A DNA stretch of 64,000 nt from an uncultured Nitrososphaeria archaeon (lineage in GTDB: Archaea; Thermoproteota; Nitrososphaeria; JACIWG01), in contig CAYUWR010000011.1 of assembly GCA_964448685.1 (NCBI GenBank), forward strand, positions 87,074 through 151,073, written 5' to 3'. A program made the translations under genes and the position numbers. This document shows, in pieces, positions 1 through 9,501 of this stretch (position 1 is the first letter of the stretch; each line of letters starts with the position of its first letter). The notes under the pieces were generated by a model that worked only from the letters and a program-made list of their open reading frames with translations, did not search any database and had not been told where the DNA came from.

Positions 1-681
1 AGATACGCTGGAGTGAGAATCCTCAGGCAGGATCCTTTCGAGACCATAATCAGCTACGTCTGCGCTCAGAACAAGAGTATACCTGCCATAGAGAAGATGA
101 TCGCCGAGCTTTCGAGAAGATTTGGTTCTAAGAAGGAAATGGATGGTATGATGTTCTTCACACTTCCAACCGTTGAGAAGATATCCAGTTTAGAAACAGG
201 AGACCTGCTCAAAGCAGGCCTTGGGTATAGGGCAAAATATCTGCTAGAAACCGCAAGAAGACTTTCTGAAGACGACAGCCTCGTTGACGAACTCATGGAA
301 GCAAAATATGAGAAGGCATGGAACATGATCGTTTCAGGTGAAGCTAAACTGGCGGGTGTCGGACCAAAGGCTGCCGACTGTATACTGCTATATGGCTTCG
401 AGAAGATGGAGGCCTTTCCAATAGATGTGTGGGTCTGCAGAGCTTATACTACAGCCTTGAAAGGAATCATCAATTGTGAAGAACAAAGGTACTTTGAGTC
501 AAGATTGTGTGGAGAAAAGAAGGCCGACAGAAGCCTCTATATCAAGTTGGGGAACACGGCCAGAAAGGCCTTTGGCAAGAATGCCGGGTATGCACAACTG
601 TACATTTACATGTATGGAAGAAGCTGTTTCAGACGTGGCCAGAGGAGAGGAAGTTCAAGGCCGCCTTCGACAGCAATCTAG
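1..681 (+). CDS. ogg: 8-oxoguanine DNA glycosylase/AP lyase, HhH-GPD family (5' end cut by window edge)
   Basis: The reading frame is open from base 1. It carries the HhH-GPD motifs LAGVGPKAADCILLYGF and AFPIDVWV, the Lys/Asp pair typical of bifunctional Ogg-type glycosylases. Confidence 0.8.
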   Translation, partial: RYAGVRILRQDPFETIISYVCAQNKSIPAIEKMIAELSRRFGSKKEMDGMMFFTLPTVEKISSLETGDLLKAGLGYRAKYLLETARRLSEDDSLVDELMEAKYEKAWNMIVSGEAKLAGVGPKAADCILLYGFEKMEAFPIDVWVCRAYTTALKGIINCEEQRYFESRLCGEKKADRSLYIKLGNTARKAFGKNAGYAQLYIYMYGRSCFRRGQRRGSSRPPSTAI

Positions 682-1219
682 CAAATCTTATCGGCTCCGG
701 TAGGCTGCCTTGCAAAGTGAACCTGTTAACTACGGTTGTGGCATCTTCATCGCTTATTCCCGCGCATCTTACATAGACCCTTTTGCCCGTGTGCAGGGTT
801 ATCTGATGCCTTTCTCCAAGTCTTCTGTAAGCCTCCAGCTTCGATGGTTCATCTGCAAAATGGCGTTTAAGATGCTCCTCTAGACCCTCTGACGGCCTAT
901 ACGTCAGCGAGATCACAGGAATGTTTAGGGATTCATGTAAGCCGTCGACGTCTACTATATTGAACAGGCTCACGATACTTCCACTAACCATTATCACGTT
1001 AATATCCTTCCTTTTCATGCCTTCGAACATCCCTCTTATGGATTCTGTTGCATCATCGCCACCTAAGGTCGCTTTCCCGAAGATGATTCCATCGACTATG
1101 AAATCAGCTCTCATGACAACACCTGAAAGGACAGACGCAGCTAGAACTCCCTTTCGGAAACTTTCGGCGACTCCAAAGCAGCGAATCGCCTTCTTTTGTA
1201 GATGGAGACGCACAATCAT
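629..1219 (-). CDS. DUF99/UPF0215 family protein (endonuclease V-like fold)
   Basis: This 196-aa ORF has the size and sequence character of the archaeal UPF0215 family. It converges on ogg and overlaps its 3' end. Confidence 0.55.
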   Translation of the reverse strand: MIVRLHLQKKAIRCFGVAESFRKGVLAASVLSGVVMRADFIVDGIIFGKATLGGDDATESIRGMFEGMKRKDINVIMVSGSIVSLFNIVDVDGLHESLNIPVISLTYRPSEGLEEHLKRHFADEPSKLEAYRRLGERHQITLHTGKRVYVRCAGISDEDATTVVNRFTLQGSLPEPIRFARLLSKAALNFLSSGHV

Positions 1220-1337
1220 CTATGGCGGCAGCAGTCTTATAAATCGATTACCTCAAATACTTCAAATCTTGAAGTTGGCTTGTTGAACACTCAGAAACCA
1301 ATTTATATGCGTCAACTCTTGCCCATAGGCGGTACGT

Positions 1338-1481
1338 ATGGAAGGATTCTGCGTCAAGTGCAAAGCGAAAAGGGAAATGAGAGACACCACACAAGTAACC
1401 TTAAAGAATGGAAAGCCGGCGATAAAAGGCGTCTGCGCCGTCTGCGGTACCAAGATGTTCATAGTAGGCAAGAAGCTCTAG
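1338..1481 (+). CDS. Small zinc-ribbon protein (DUF5679-like), 47 aa
   Basis: Hand translation gives MEGFCVKCKAKREMRDTTQVTLKNGKPAIKGVCAVCGTKMFIVGKKL, with a CxxC...CxxC pattern. It falls below the ORF-track length cutoff. It sits in an otherwise empty gap upstream of the inositol-phosphate synthase gene. Confidence 0.55.
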   Translation: MEGFCVKCKAKREMRDTTQVTLKNGKPAIKGVCAVCGTKMFIVGKKL

Positions 1482-1502
1482 ATATCCCTCCCCTTTCCTT
1501 TT

Positions 1503-2651
1503 TTGAACAAGAATCGTTCCTTAGACTATGCTGCAAACGGAATCAGGCCACAACAGTTTATAAGGGATCAACACTATGGCATTCCTGCAAGATGCAAGTT
1601 GCCAAAGATCAAAGTCGCAATCGTAGGAGTCGGTAACTGTGCTTCCTCACTACTGCAAGGTCTGGCCTTCTACCGAAAGGTTGGAGGCGCCAGCAACTTT
1701 AGAGGAGTCAGGAATCCCACGTTAGGCGGCTTCTTTCCCTCAGACATCGAGGTAGTGGCAGCCTTCGATGTGGACAAGAGAAAAGTGGGCAAGGACCTTT
1801 CAGAAGCCATTTTTGCACCCCCCAACAACACCCTCAGAGTATCAGATGTGCCTTCGACAAATGTCATAGTAAAGAAGGGGCCTGTTCTCGACGGCGTTGG
1901 CGAAGGTCTTAGTAAGGTGGTTCAGCTCAGCAGCGAACCAGACTCAAACGTCCTCGACGTACTAAAGGAGAGTGGTTCAGAGATTATGGTGAATCTGCTT
2001 CCGAGTGGAGCAGTCAAGGCTTCAAGATGGTATGCGGAGCAGGCCCTTAGAGCGGCAAATGGATTCATAAACGCAACACCAGTCCCCATAGCCTATGATA
2101 GGAAATGGTCAAGACTTTTCAGTGAAGCCGGACTACCACTGGTCGGAGATGATCTGGTGGACCAATTTGGAGCCACCGCACTCCACAAGACACTATTGAA
2201 CCTACTGACCAGAAACGGCGTCTATGTGAAAGAAACCTATCAGCTTGATGTAGGCGGGGGAACCGAATCACTGGAGACCATGGAGAGGACGAAAGAGGCC
2301 AAGAGAAGTATCAAGACAGAGGCCATAGAAGCTTCTCTACCTTACAAGACAGAGGTTGTGGCTGGGTCAACTGATTATGTGGAATTCTTGGAGAACAAGA
2401 GAGACAGCTATTTCTGGATCAGAGGCACCTACTTCTGTAATGCGCCGCTGCAGATAGACTTGAAGCTTTCGACCTTCGATGGACCGAATGCAGGTTCTGT
2501 GCTCTTTGATGTGATAAGGGCGACAAAGATAGCTTTAACCAAGAAGGCAAAAGGCACCGTGATGCCGATATCAGCATACGCGTTCAAGCATCCACCAAAA
2601 CAGATACCTGTAGATGAGGCAGAAAGGATGTTCTACGACTTCGTCGCATAA
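1503..2651 (+). CDS. ino1: myo-inositol-1-phosphate synthase
   Basis: It has the NAD-binding N-terminus KVAIVGVGNCASSLLQGLAFY characteristic of bacterial/archaeal MIPS, and a full-length ORF. The start is uncertain: TTG at 1503, or in-frame TTG at 1599. Confidence 0.85.
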   Translation: MNKNRSLDYAANGIRPQQFIRDQHYGIPARCKLPKIKVAIVGVGNCASSLLQGLAFYRKVGGASNFRGVRNPTLGGFFPSDIEVVAAFDVDKRKVGKDLSEAIFAPPNNTLRVSDVPSTNVIVKKGPVLDGVGEGLSKVVQLSSEPDSNVLDVLKESGSEIMVNLLPSGAVKASRWYAEQALRAANGFINATPVPIAYDRKWSRLFSEAGLPLVGDDLVDQFGATALHKTLLNLLTRNGVYVKETYQLDVGGGTESLETMERTKEAKRSIKTEAIEASLPYKTEVVAGSTDYVEFLENKRDSYFWIRGTYFCNAPLQIDLKLSTFDGPNAGSVLFDVIRATKIALTKKAKGTVMPISAYAFKHPPKQIPVDEAERMFYDFVA

Positions 2652-2697
2652 AAACGTCCAACGAAGATCGAGACTCTAGTTTGAAAGCTGGCTGCCT

Positions 2698-3135
2698 TCA
2701 AAGAATCCGCTTCATCAGGTAAGCGTCTTCCCCATCAGGATAGTATCTCGGGATCCTACAAGAGACCGCAAACCCGCTCTTAAGATAGAGGCTTATCGCG
2801 GCAAAGTTGGAGACCCCAACCTGCAACTCTACGAGATCAACCTTACCCCCAAGTGTATCCAATGCGTTATCAAGTAGCATCTGGCCAATTCCTCTACCTC
2901 GATACTCCGGCAGCACAGCCAAAGAGACGATAGAACCAATATTTCTTGAAACCGAATAAACTATGTATCCTATCACGTTTCCTTCATCTTCCGCCAAAAT
3001 AAACCCTTCAGGATTGCTGTGAAGCAAAGCCTCGAAGGTGGTTCGAGTAAACGGCCTCGAAAAAGAGACCCTTTCCACCCTTTCAACATGCGCCAAGTCT
3101 TCTAGATTACATCTTCGAAGACGCAAGTCGAACAT
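2698..3135 (-). CDS. rimI: GNAT N-acetyltransferase, RimI/Ard1-like
   Basis: The 145-aa ORF carries the GNAT acetyl-CoA motif LAVLPEYRGRGIGQMLL. Confidence 0.75.
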   Translation of the reverse strand: MFDLRLRRCNLEDLAHVERVERVSFSRPFTRTTFEALLHSNPEGFILAEDEGNVIGYIVYSVSRNIGSIVSLAVLPEYRGRGIGQMLLDNALDTLGGKVDLVELQVGVSNFAAISLYLKSGFAVSCRIPRYYPDGEDAYLMKRIL

Positions 3136-3196
3136 TAATCGACATACTGCCTCTATATATTAAGATAGTGGGACAAAGGTTTTAACCAAAGAGTTC

Positions 3197-4753
3197 TTGA
3201 ACACAAACGTGGCGCTAAAGACACCATTCATAACCAGAGGAGGCGTCGTAGCCAGCGAACACTATCTCGCTTCCAAGATAGGGGTCGACATAATGGAGAA
3301 GGGAGGAAATGCGGCTGACGCAGCGACGGCAACAAGCCTAGCATTAGCCGTAACCGCCCCACAAATGGGAGGCCTAGGAGGCGACTTCTTCACCCTCTAC
3401 CATGAAGAGAGAGCCAAGAAGAACTACTGCCTTATCTCTTCAGGTTTCGCGCCGAAAGCGCTAACGATCGAAAAAGTCAAAGGCAGCGGATACGTGAACA
3501 GTATGCCTGCCAGAGGTCCTCTTTCGGTGAGCGTCCCAGGATACGTCTACGGCGTTTTCGAGTTTCACAGAAGATTTGGTTCGATGGACTTCAGCAAGGT
3601 TGTGGAGCCTTCTATCGAACTATCTAAAACCGGCTTCCCTGCGAGCAGGCAATTCTGTGACTCCATCGACCGCTACATCGACATACTAAAGAGTGACAGA
3701 GGCTGCGTAGAAACCTTCCTAGGAGGAGGCGTCAGGATACGAGAGGGCGACCTTCTAAAGTATCCTCAGGTGGCTAAGACTCTATCTTTGATAAAGGAAG
3801 GCGGCCCTAAAGCCTTCTATGAAGGTGAAATAGGTGCTGCAATAGCAGAATATGTTCGATCAAGAGGTGGAGTGCTTGATGAAGATGATCTGAAAAGGTT
3901 CAAGCCCGAATGGGTTGATCCTATAAAGATCTCTTACAGAGGATATGAAGTATATGAGGTGCCTCCTCCGAGCATGGGCGCTACCACCCTGATATTACTC
4001 AACCTCATGGAGCAACATGACATTTCGAGGTACAAGAGGCTCTCCGCCGATTTTGTAGACGCATTCGTGAAGCTTGCGAAGACAGCCTACAGGGTGAGGG
4101 ATGAAAACCTTTCTGATCCAAGATTCGTCGAGATAGACCTTGAGAGACTGCTGTCAAAGCAACATTCACGAAAGCTTCTCAACAGACTTAGCCCTGACAG
4201 CCCAAATTTGAACGCTGAAGGAGACACAACCTATTTCGCCGCCGCAGACAGAGAAGGAAATGTTGTTTCCGCAATCCAGAGTCTATTCTTGAGCTTCGGA
4301 TCAGGGTTGACAGTCCCAGACTACGGCATACCATTGAATTCTAGGGCAAGTTACTTCAGATTTGATGGCGTAAACAAGCTTGAGCCTGGAAAGAGAACAT
4401 TACACACTCTATCCGCCTTGATCCTGTCAAATTCGAGGGAAACGCTGGCGCTCGGATCAAGCGCCGGAGACTATCGCCCACAAATATATACTCAGCTCGT
4501 TGCAAACTATGTAGACTTCAAGTTGAACCTACAGGAGGCAGTAGAAAGCCCACGATTCGTCTGGGATCACCCAAGGCAGTTGACTGCAGAAGAAGGGGTG
4601 GAAGTGATGAGACTGCGAGGTACATACGACATCAAGACAATCTCCTTTCCTTCAAACTTAGGTGTTGCACAAGGAGTGAAGATCCGCGAGGGCGTCAAGT
4701 GGGCCTGCTGCGACATCAGGGGGGATGGCCTACCGATCGGCCAACTCAACTGA
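3197..4753 (+). CDS. ggt: gamma-glutamyltranspeptidase family protein
   Basis: The 518-aa ORF has a GGT-family N-terminus (GGNAADAATATSLALAV, GGLGGDFF) and an autoprocessing site of the form GDTTYFAAADREGN. Confidence 0.85.
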   Translation: MNTNVALKTPFITRGGVVASEHYLASKIGVDIMEKGGNAADAATATSLALAVTAPQMGGLGGDFFTLYHEERAKKNYCLISSGFAPKALTIEKVKGSGYVNSMPARGPLSVSVPGYVYGVFEFHRRFGSMDFSKVVEPSIELSKTGFPASRQFCDSIDRYIDILKSDRGCVETFLGGGVRIREGDLLKYPQVAKTLSLIKEGGPKAFYEGEIGAAIAEYVRSRGGVLDEDDLKRFKPEWVDPIKISYRGYEVYEVPPPSMGATTLILLNLMEQHDISRYKRLSADFVDAFVKLAKTAYRVRDENLSDPRFVEIDLERLLSKQHSRKLLNRLSPDSPNLNAEGDTTYFAAADREGNVVSAIQSLFLSFGSGLTVPDYGIPLNSRASYFRFDGVNKLEPGKRTLHTLSALILSNSRETLALGSSAGDYRPQIYTQLVANYVDFKLNLQEAVESPRFVWDHPRQLTAEEGVEVMRLRGTYDIKTISFPSNLGVAQGVKIREGVKWACCDIRGDGLPIGQLN

Positions 4754-4925
4754 ACACAGCGCCATAAGTCCTGCAACTCGACAGCACACTGGTAAAGTAT
4801 TCCATCAATCCCACAACAGATGAACCTTCTCTGAACCTTCATCCTTCTGAACGCACACCGTCAGCGACAACTGTCAACTAGAACTGCAAGCCCATTCTTG
4901 TAGCCGCAAATATGAGATCTGAAGG

Positions 4926-5276
4926 CTACCTTGAGAGATCAGAAAGCTTCTGCTTAAGCTTGGCTGCCTCAAGCACGTCCACCGCATCCCCACCTTCCCT
5001 GTACCTTTCTAGGGCCTTTTCACAGTAAGGCAGAGCCTGTTTAGCTTTAAGCTTCATCTCTATCTCCTGAGATAGAATGTTCTTGACAGCCTCCAGATAC
5101 CAGTCACCGCTCATCTTATAATCTTCCAGGTTCATGTAACATTCAGCCAGCCATTTGCAGTATTCTGCCTTCTCAAGAGGAGACTTATTCTTATCTCTTA
5201 CACCACGTTCCAAGATAGATATGGCACCTTGGTATTCTCCCTTGTGCATCAAGTTGACAATCTCAGGTAGGCTCAA
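4926..5276 (-). CDS. Small TPR-like helical repeat protein, function unknown
   Basis: The 116-aa ORF has TPR-like A/Y/W spacing (YQGAISILERG, AEYCKWLAECYMNLEDY). I recognise no specific family. Confidence 0.4.
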   Translation of the reverse strand: MSLPEIVNLMHKGEYQGAISILERGVRDKNKSPLEKAEYCKWLAECYMNLEDYKMSGDWYLEAVKNILSQEIEMKLKAKQALPYCEKALERYREGGDAVDVLEAAKLKQKLSDLSR

Positions 5277-5423
5277 AGAACCACCACACTTGCATTACCT
5301 TATCGCTTAAGATAAAAACTTTCACTTCATAGGTCTAAGATAATTTAATACATTCAAATCCACTTTTCAGATTGTCCACAACCAGGTGTATCCGGAGCCT
5401 CTTCCAAGATGGATCGCAGCCAG

Positions 5424-6788
5424 CTACTTGTAGTGTCTGGCAGCCTCCACATTCCACGGTAGCTGAAGCAGCTCTTCCAGGAGAGCTTTCGCTTTCTCTA
5501 TTGAACTTGTCCTATGGTCATCCGCTATCGTGAGAAGCAGGCTTTCTCTATCTCCTTCCAAGAAGGCTTGGAGGATCTGCTCCATCTTGAGCAGCCGAGG
5601 CTGCAGAACGTGATACATTAAACGACGCGGTAGCCGCCCGACGGGAAAAGCTCGGATATCCGTACCATCCACAGACGTCGGCACTTCCACCACCACATCG
5701 TCAGGTATGCCGCTGATCGCACCATTGTTAGGTATGTTAAGCTGCAATATCGCTCTCTTATCGTTTGCGATAGCTTCTATAAGAGGCACATGCTGTTCTC
5801 TGCTGGGAACTGGAGGATACACCTCCGTTAACTTGATCTTTGGATCGTTCGCCCAAGAACGCAGATGCTCAAGCGTTTCTTTCAGCGACTGCAGATACAT
5901 CAGCCATCCAATCTCCGAATCGAATCCACCTGTGGGCCCGTACCATTTCTGCTTTGTCTGCAGGCGAATGTGATACCACCACGGCGAAGCGCTTCTTACC
6001 GTGTCTCCTATGGGGAACAGGCCGAACATCCTGTACATGTCTACTGCCGCAGGGCTCATCTGTTCGGTTGCCCAGGCAGGAGCCTTAAGGTATTCGTCGC
6101 TCTTCCAGTAGCTTTCAGCCTCCTCTTTCACCCATCGATCTATAATCGGGTAGGCGTCTTCACCCCTGTGGAGGAATTTGGTGAGCCAGATGTTGTGGTT
6201 GAATCCGGCCACTTCAACCTGAACTTCTTCCCGTCGAAGCCTCAAATGCTTAAGGACTTCAAGGTATCCCAGGTGGCCGTGGCAAACGCCGACAACCTTG
6301 ACTTTCGTTTCTCTTGACAGCAGACTTGCTCCTTCGAATACTGGATTCGATGCTTGAATCAACCAAGCCTCCGGGCATACCTTTTCTATGTCTCTTGCCA
6401 AGTCCAAAAAGAACTTCAGTTGATGATAGGCGCCAACACCACCATAGTAGTCGCTGACCCTCTCTCCTATACCCCTATAGTATCCATACTTTTCTGCGAT
6501 CATGCGCTCAGTTTCCATAGGCTGGTAGCCGCCAACCTTGACGGTGTTGATTACAAAGTCTGCTCCTTCAAGGGCTTCCTTCCGGTCGGTCGTCTTCCTA
6601 AAACTCAATTTCGCCTTCGTTTCCCTTGCATATCTTGTTGCGAGACGGTACATGTTGTCGAGGCGCTCTTGGTCTATATCCATCAAGACGATGGTGCTGT
6701 CACGTAGGCCCTCCGAAAGACATAGGTCTACTGTAAGCCTTCCTGTGAAGACGACGCTGCCAGCACCTATGATCGTGATCTGAACCAT
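5424..6788 (-). CDS. Glycoside hydrolase family 4 (NAD-dependent alpha-glucosidase/alpha-galactosidase type)
   Basis: It has a Rossmann N-terminus MVQITIIGAGSVVF, and VGVCHG and NPVFEG motifs. I moved the start to ATG 6788 because the 55-aa upstream extension in the ORF track is not GH4-like. Confidence 0.8.
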   Translation of the reverse strand: MVQITIIGAGSVVFTGRLTVDLCLSEGLRDSTIVLMDIDQERLDNMYRLATRYARETKAKLSFRKTTDRKEALEGADFVINTVKVGGYQPMETERMIAEKYGYYRGIGERVSDYYGGVGAYHQLKFFLDLARDIEKVCPEAWLIQASNPVFEGASLLSRETKVKVVGVCHGHLGYLEVLKHLRLRREEVQVEVAGFNHNIWLTKFLHRGEDAYPIIDRWVKEEAESYWKSDEYLKAPAWATEQMSPAAVDMYRMFGLFPIGDTVRSASPWWYHIRLQTKQKWYGPTGGFDSEIGWLMYLQSLKETLEHLRSWANDPKIKLTEVYPPVPSREQHVPLIEAIANDKRAILQLNIPNNGAISGIPDDVVVEVPTSVDGTDIRAFPVGRLPRRLMYHVLQPRLLKMEQILQAFLEGDRESLLLTIADDHRTSSIEKAKALLEELLQLPWNVEAARHYK

Positions 6789-7316
6789 AGGAAGAGGTCC
6801 CAGTCCGGCTATAAAAGCTTCGCTCTTAGAATAGGAAATCATTATGCTAGAAGCAGAAGTTTCATTGGAAGTATGGACAAAAACACCTGACGTTCTTAGA
6901 TATGGAGTTCGTTCTCTCGTAAGTCTTACGAGGAAAAATTTTTCAAGACTCAAGGCTTCTCGTGATGGTGAAGAAACTTTCTATGATTTTTTTGTCCTTG
7001 GTACTTTAATGCCGTTCACACAGCCGGTCTCGTGCACGTTCGTGAGACTTTTGGTTCAAGAAGTTCTGTTGAATGCTTCTAAAGGATTTACTTAGAATAG
7101 ATAAGCTTCCTCAAAACCCATACAGCGAGCATCCCTATGAAGCTAGAACAGAGAAACCTACAAAGACATATTATACTTGGCGACACGCTTATGCACAATC
7201 ATTAAATCTGGCATTTGGTGGAAGAGTGATATCTTGGTGTTTCTGCCCCAGCGGAATATGCGGATGTGAGGAAAAAGCTGAGAGGGCCCCGCAGGTATCT
7301 TGCTTCGATAGTGATA

Positions 7317-8285
7317 TTATATTGCAAGCTCTCTTGCTATATGCAGCATTTTGAGATCCTTTCCTGTAAGAGCCCTCTTTTTGCCCGTCAATGGGCACGT
7401 AACTATTTCGTCGCCTTTTATGCCGACCATCAGACTCTTGTGGCCAGATAGTAGGCTTTCGACTGCCTTCTCCCCGAACAAGGTTGCAAGAGCCCTTGAA
7501 CGTACGGTAGGCGAGCCACCACGCTGTATGTACCCTATCGAGGAGAATCTTACTTCTGCGTTTGTCATTGCTCTAAGCTCTTCCGAGAGAAGATATCCGT
7601 TGGCAGCCCCCTCCGCCATCACGACTATCGTCGATTTCTTACCCATCTCCTTCATCCTCTCGTATTCCTTAACTAAGGCTTGAAGATCGAGAGGTATTTC
7701 AGGGATCAGTATGAATTCGGCGCCAGCTGCAAACCCCACCGTTACGGCGATAAAGCCACTTCCTCTACCCATCACTTCGACTACAAAAAGGCGCTCGTGG
7801 GAGATGGCTGTGTCTCTGATCTTGTCTATCGCGTCAAGGGCAGTGTTTACGGAGGTATCGAATCCTATGGTCTCCTCTGTTCCCTCTATGTCATTATCGA
7901 TTGACGCGGGAATCCCGACAGCTGGTATGTGAGATTTGTTCGAAATCTCTTTGGCAGCCCTAAAGGTCCCCTCTCCCCCTATCGTGATAAGATAATCCAG
8001 CTGAAGCTCATTCAAGTTTCGTGCGGCAAGCTCGATTCCCTCCTCTCTCTTGACTTCCTCACATCGGGCTGTCTTCAAGATTGTGCCGCCCAAGTTGATT
8101 ATTCCACCGACACTACGAGATGATAGCTCTTCAAAATCTTTCTCCAGTAGTCCTCTATAACCCCTTCTTATCCCAACGACTCTTGCATCATTTGCCAGCA
8201 GAAGCCTGACACAGCATCTGATCGCGGCATTCATGCCTGGAGCATCTCCTCCGGCAGTAACAATACCAACCGATATCTTAGTCAT
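7317..8285 (-). CDS. pfkA: 6-phosphofructokinase, PfkA family (phosphoryl donor not determinable from sequence alone)
   Basis: It carries the PfkA-family motifs ISVGIVTAGGDAPGMNAAIR, TIGGEGT, PASIDNDI and MGRGSGFIA. Confidence 0.85.
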   Translation of the reverse strand: MTKISVGIVTAGGDAPGMNAAIRCCVRLLLANDARVVGIRRGYRGLLEKDFEELSSRSVGGIINLGGTILKTARCEEVKREEGIELAARNLNELQLDYLITIGGEGTFRAAKEISNKSHIPAVGIPASIDNDIEGTEETIGFDTSVNTALDAIDKIRDTAISHERLFVVEVMGRGSGFIAVTVGFAAGAEFILIPEIPLDLQALVKEYERMKEMGKKSTIVVMAEGAANGYLLSEELRAMTNAEVRFSSIGYIQRGGSPTVRSRALATLFGEKAVESLLSGHKSLMVGIKGDEIVTCPLTGKKRALTGKDLKMLHIARELAI

Positions 8286-8324
8286 ACCATCGTCGATCTG
8301 CTACTAACCATTATAAGCTTACAA

Positions 8325-8657
8325 TCAATAGAATTTGGCTCCGACAGGAACAACGTCGTCTACGACAACCAGATAAGTTCTTTTCTTGTCGTCTTCAGCC
8401 AGCAAAAGCATCCCCCGACTCTCTATGCCAAATATCTTCTTAGGGATCAGGTTTGCTACAAACAGCATCTTCTTTCCAACAAGCTCTGTGGGATCATGCT
8501 CGTCAGCTATCCCAGTCACAATCGTCCGGCTTTCGCTGCCGAGATCCACAACCATCTTTATGAGCTTTTGGGAACCCTGAATCCTTTCTGCCGCCAACAC
8601 AGCACCAACTCTGATGTCAAACCTCCAAAAATCTTCAGCGGAATATTCCCCGCTCAT
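8325..8657 (-). CDS. tRNA-binding domain protein (CsaA/EMAP-like)
   Basis: The 110-aa ORF has the OB-fold tRNA-binding motifs FDIRVGAVLAAE and GIESRGMLLLAED. Confidence 0.75.
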   Translation of the reverse strand: MSGEYSAEDFWRFDIRVGAVLAAERIQGSQKLIKMVVDLGSESRTIVTGIADEHDPTELVGKKMLFVANLIPKKIFGIESRGMLLLAEDDKKRTYLVVVDDVVPVGAKFY

Positions 8658-8827
8658 AAGGGAAAGGTGACATCATGCCCTTAAAAGCGTTATTGCTAAG
8701 CCACATGCGCCTGCGAACGTCATCGGATTCTCCTGTGAGCTTGCAGAAAGGACAGCTTATGCCAAACGCCAGATTTTGATGCGAACCTGTTAACAAGGAT
8801 TATATAGGAACCTTCTTTTTACAAGCA

Positions 8828-9451
8828 GTGATGAAAAATATGGCGGGAAGGGGGTCTAGGAAAGGTTTCCTAAGCATGTACACCGTCCGCGATATAGTTC
8901 TCATGGGGGCTCTGATCGCCGTCAGCGGCGTCTTCAAGGGATTCTGGGGTATCGGCCGAGCTCAGCTCGAAGCGCTCGTCGGCCCACTGATTGGCCCAGT
9001 CTTCTCCACCGGCTTCTACATGTGGGGGCTTCTCTCAGCCGTCCTCATAGGTAAGATAGGTGTCGGAACAATTGTGATGGTGCCAGGGACCTTGATAGAG
9101 CTTGCGATTGGAAACCCATTTGGAGCCATGGTGTTTGTATACAACTTCATAGAAGGGTTGGCTGCTGACGTCGGCGCCATAGTATTCAGATATAGACTGA
9201 ACAAGTTCGCGAAGACCTTTATCGCATCCATCATAATGCTTCTTTTTGGAGAAACCATATATTTGGCGTGGCTCGGTGTCCTCGTTCTTCCAACTCAACA
9301 GTTTCCAGGGTCGCCTGCATACCTCCTCTACATTTGGTACTATACGTTGACGATTATTGGGGGCATCATAACTGGAATAGTGGTATGGGGTATTTCGAAG
9401 CTTCTGAGCTCAGTAGGATTCAAAGGCAGCGAGTTGACGGTAGAATCGTAA
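8828..9451 (+). CDS. ECF transporter substrate-specific (S) component, YkoE-like
   Basis: It is a polytopic membrane protein resembling B. subtilis YkoE (the TLIELAIGNPFGAMVFVYNFIEGLAADVG region). It lies directly upstream of a fused ECF ATPase and a T component. Confidence 0.65.
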   Translation: MMKNMAGRGSRKGFLSMYTVRDIVLMGALIAVSGVFKGFWGIGRAQLEALVGPLIGPVFSTGFYMWGLLSAVLIGKIGVGTIVMVPGTLIELAIGNPFGAMVFVYNFIEGLAADVGAIVFRYRLNKFAKTFIASIIMLLFGETIYLAWLGVLVLPTQQFPGSPAYLLYIWYYTLTIIGGIITGIVVWGISKLLSSVGFKGSELTVES

Positions 9452-9501
9452 TGGTAGGAGACCTTACCCTGTCCTTTTTTTGTTCGGGGAGGTGAGCTAA
9501 G

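Noticed and set aside
5424-6953. N-terminal extensions in the ORF track. They affect GH4 (55 aa), ade (40 aa), the surface protein (24 aa), D-aminoacylase (34 aa), COG2403 (28 aa), GT4 (44 aa), lig (12 aa), alba (11 aa) and e2b2 (23 aa).
   Set aside because: In each case the family-conserved N-terminus begins at a downstream in-frame start. Some of these also have a purine-rich or TATA-like element at appropriate distance. The extensions were treated as artefacts of longest-ORF calling.
6789-7316. A 528-nt gap between the GH4 start and the pfkA stop, containing 93-aa and 69-aa ORFs and a GGGCCC-containing hairpin followed by T5 on the minus strand.
   Set aside because: The ORFs have no convincing coding character. 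The hairpin plus T-run (about 7262-7285) may be the pfkA terminator, but the stem is weak. No tRNA-like or other RNA signature was found.
8690-8827. Possible TPP riboswitch upstream of the YkoE-like S component, as in bacterial ykoEDC operons. The region contains GAACCUG and a CUGUGAGC element.
   Set aside because: The highly conserved TPP-riboswitch core is not present: CUGAGA and ACCUGAUCUGGAUAAUGCCAGCG, with a proper P4/P5 stem. Only short chance-level matches exist. A TATA-like ATTATATAGG about 25 nt before the start suggests a near-leaderless mRNA, which leaves no room for an aptamer.
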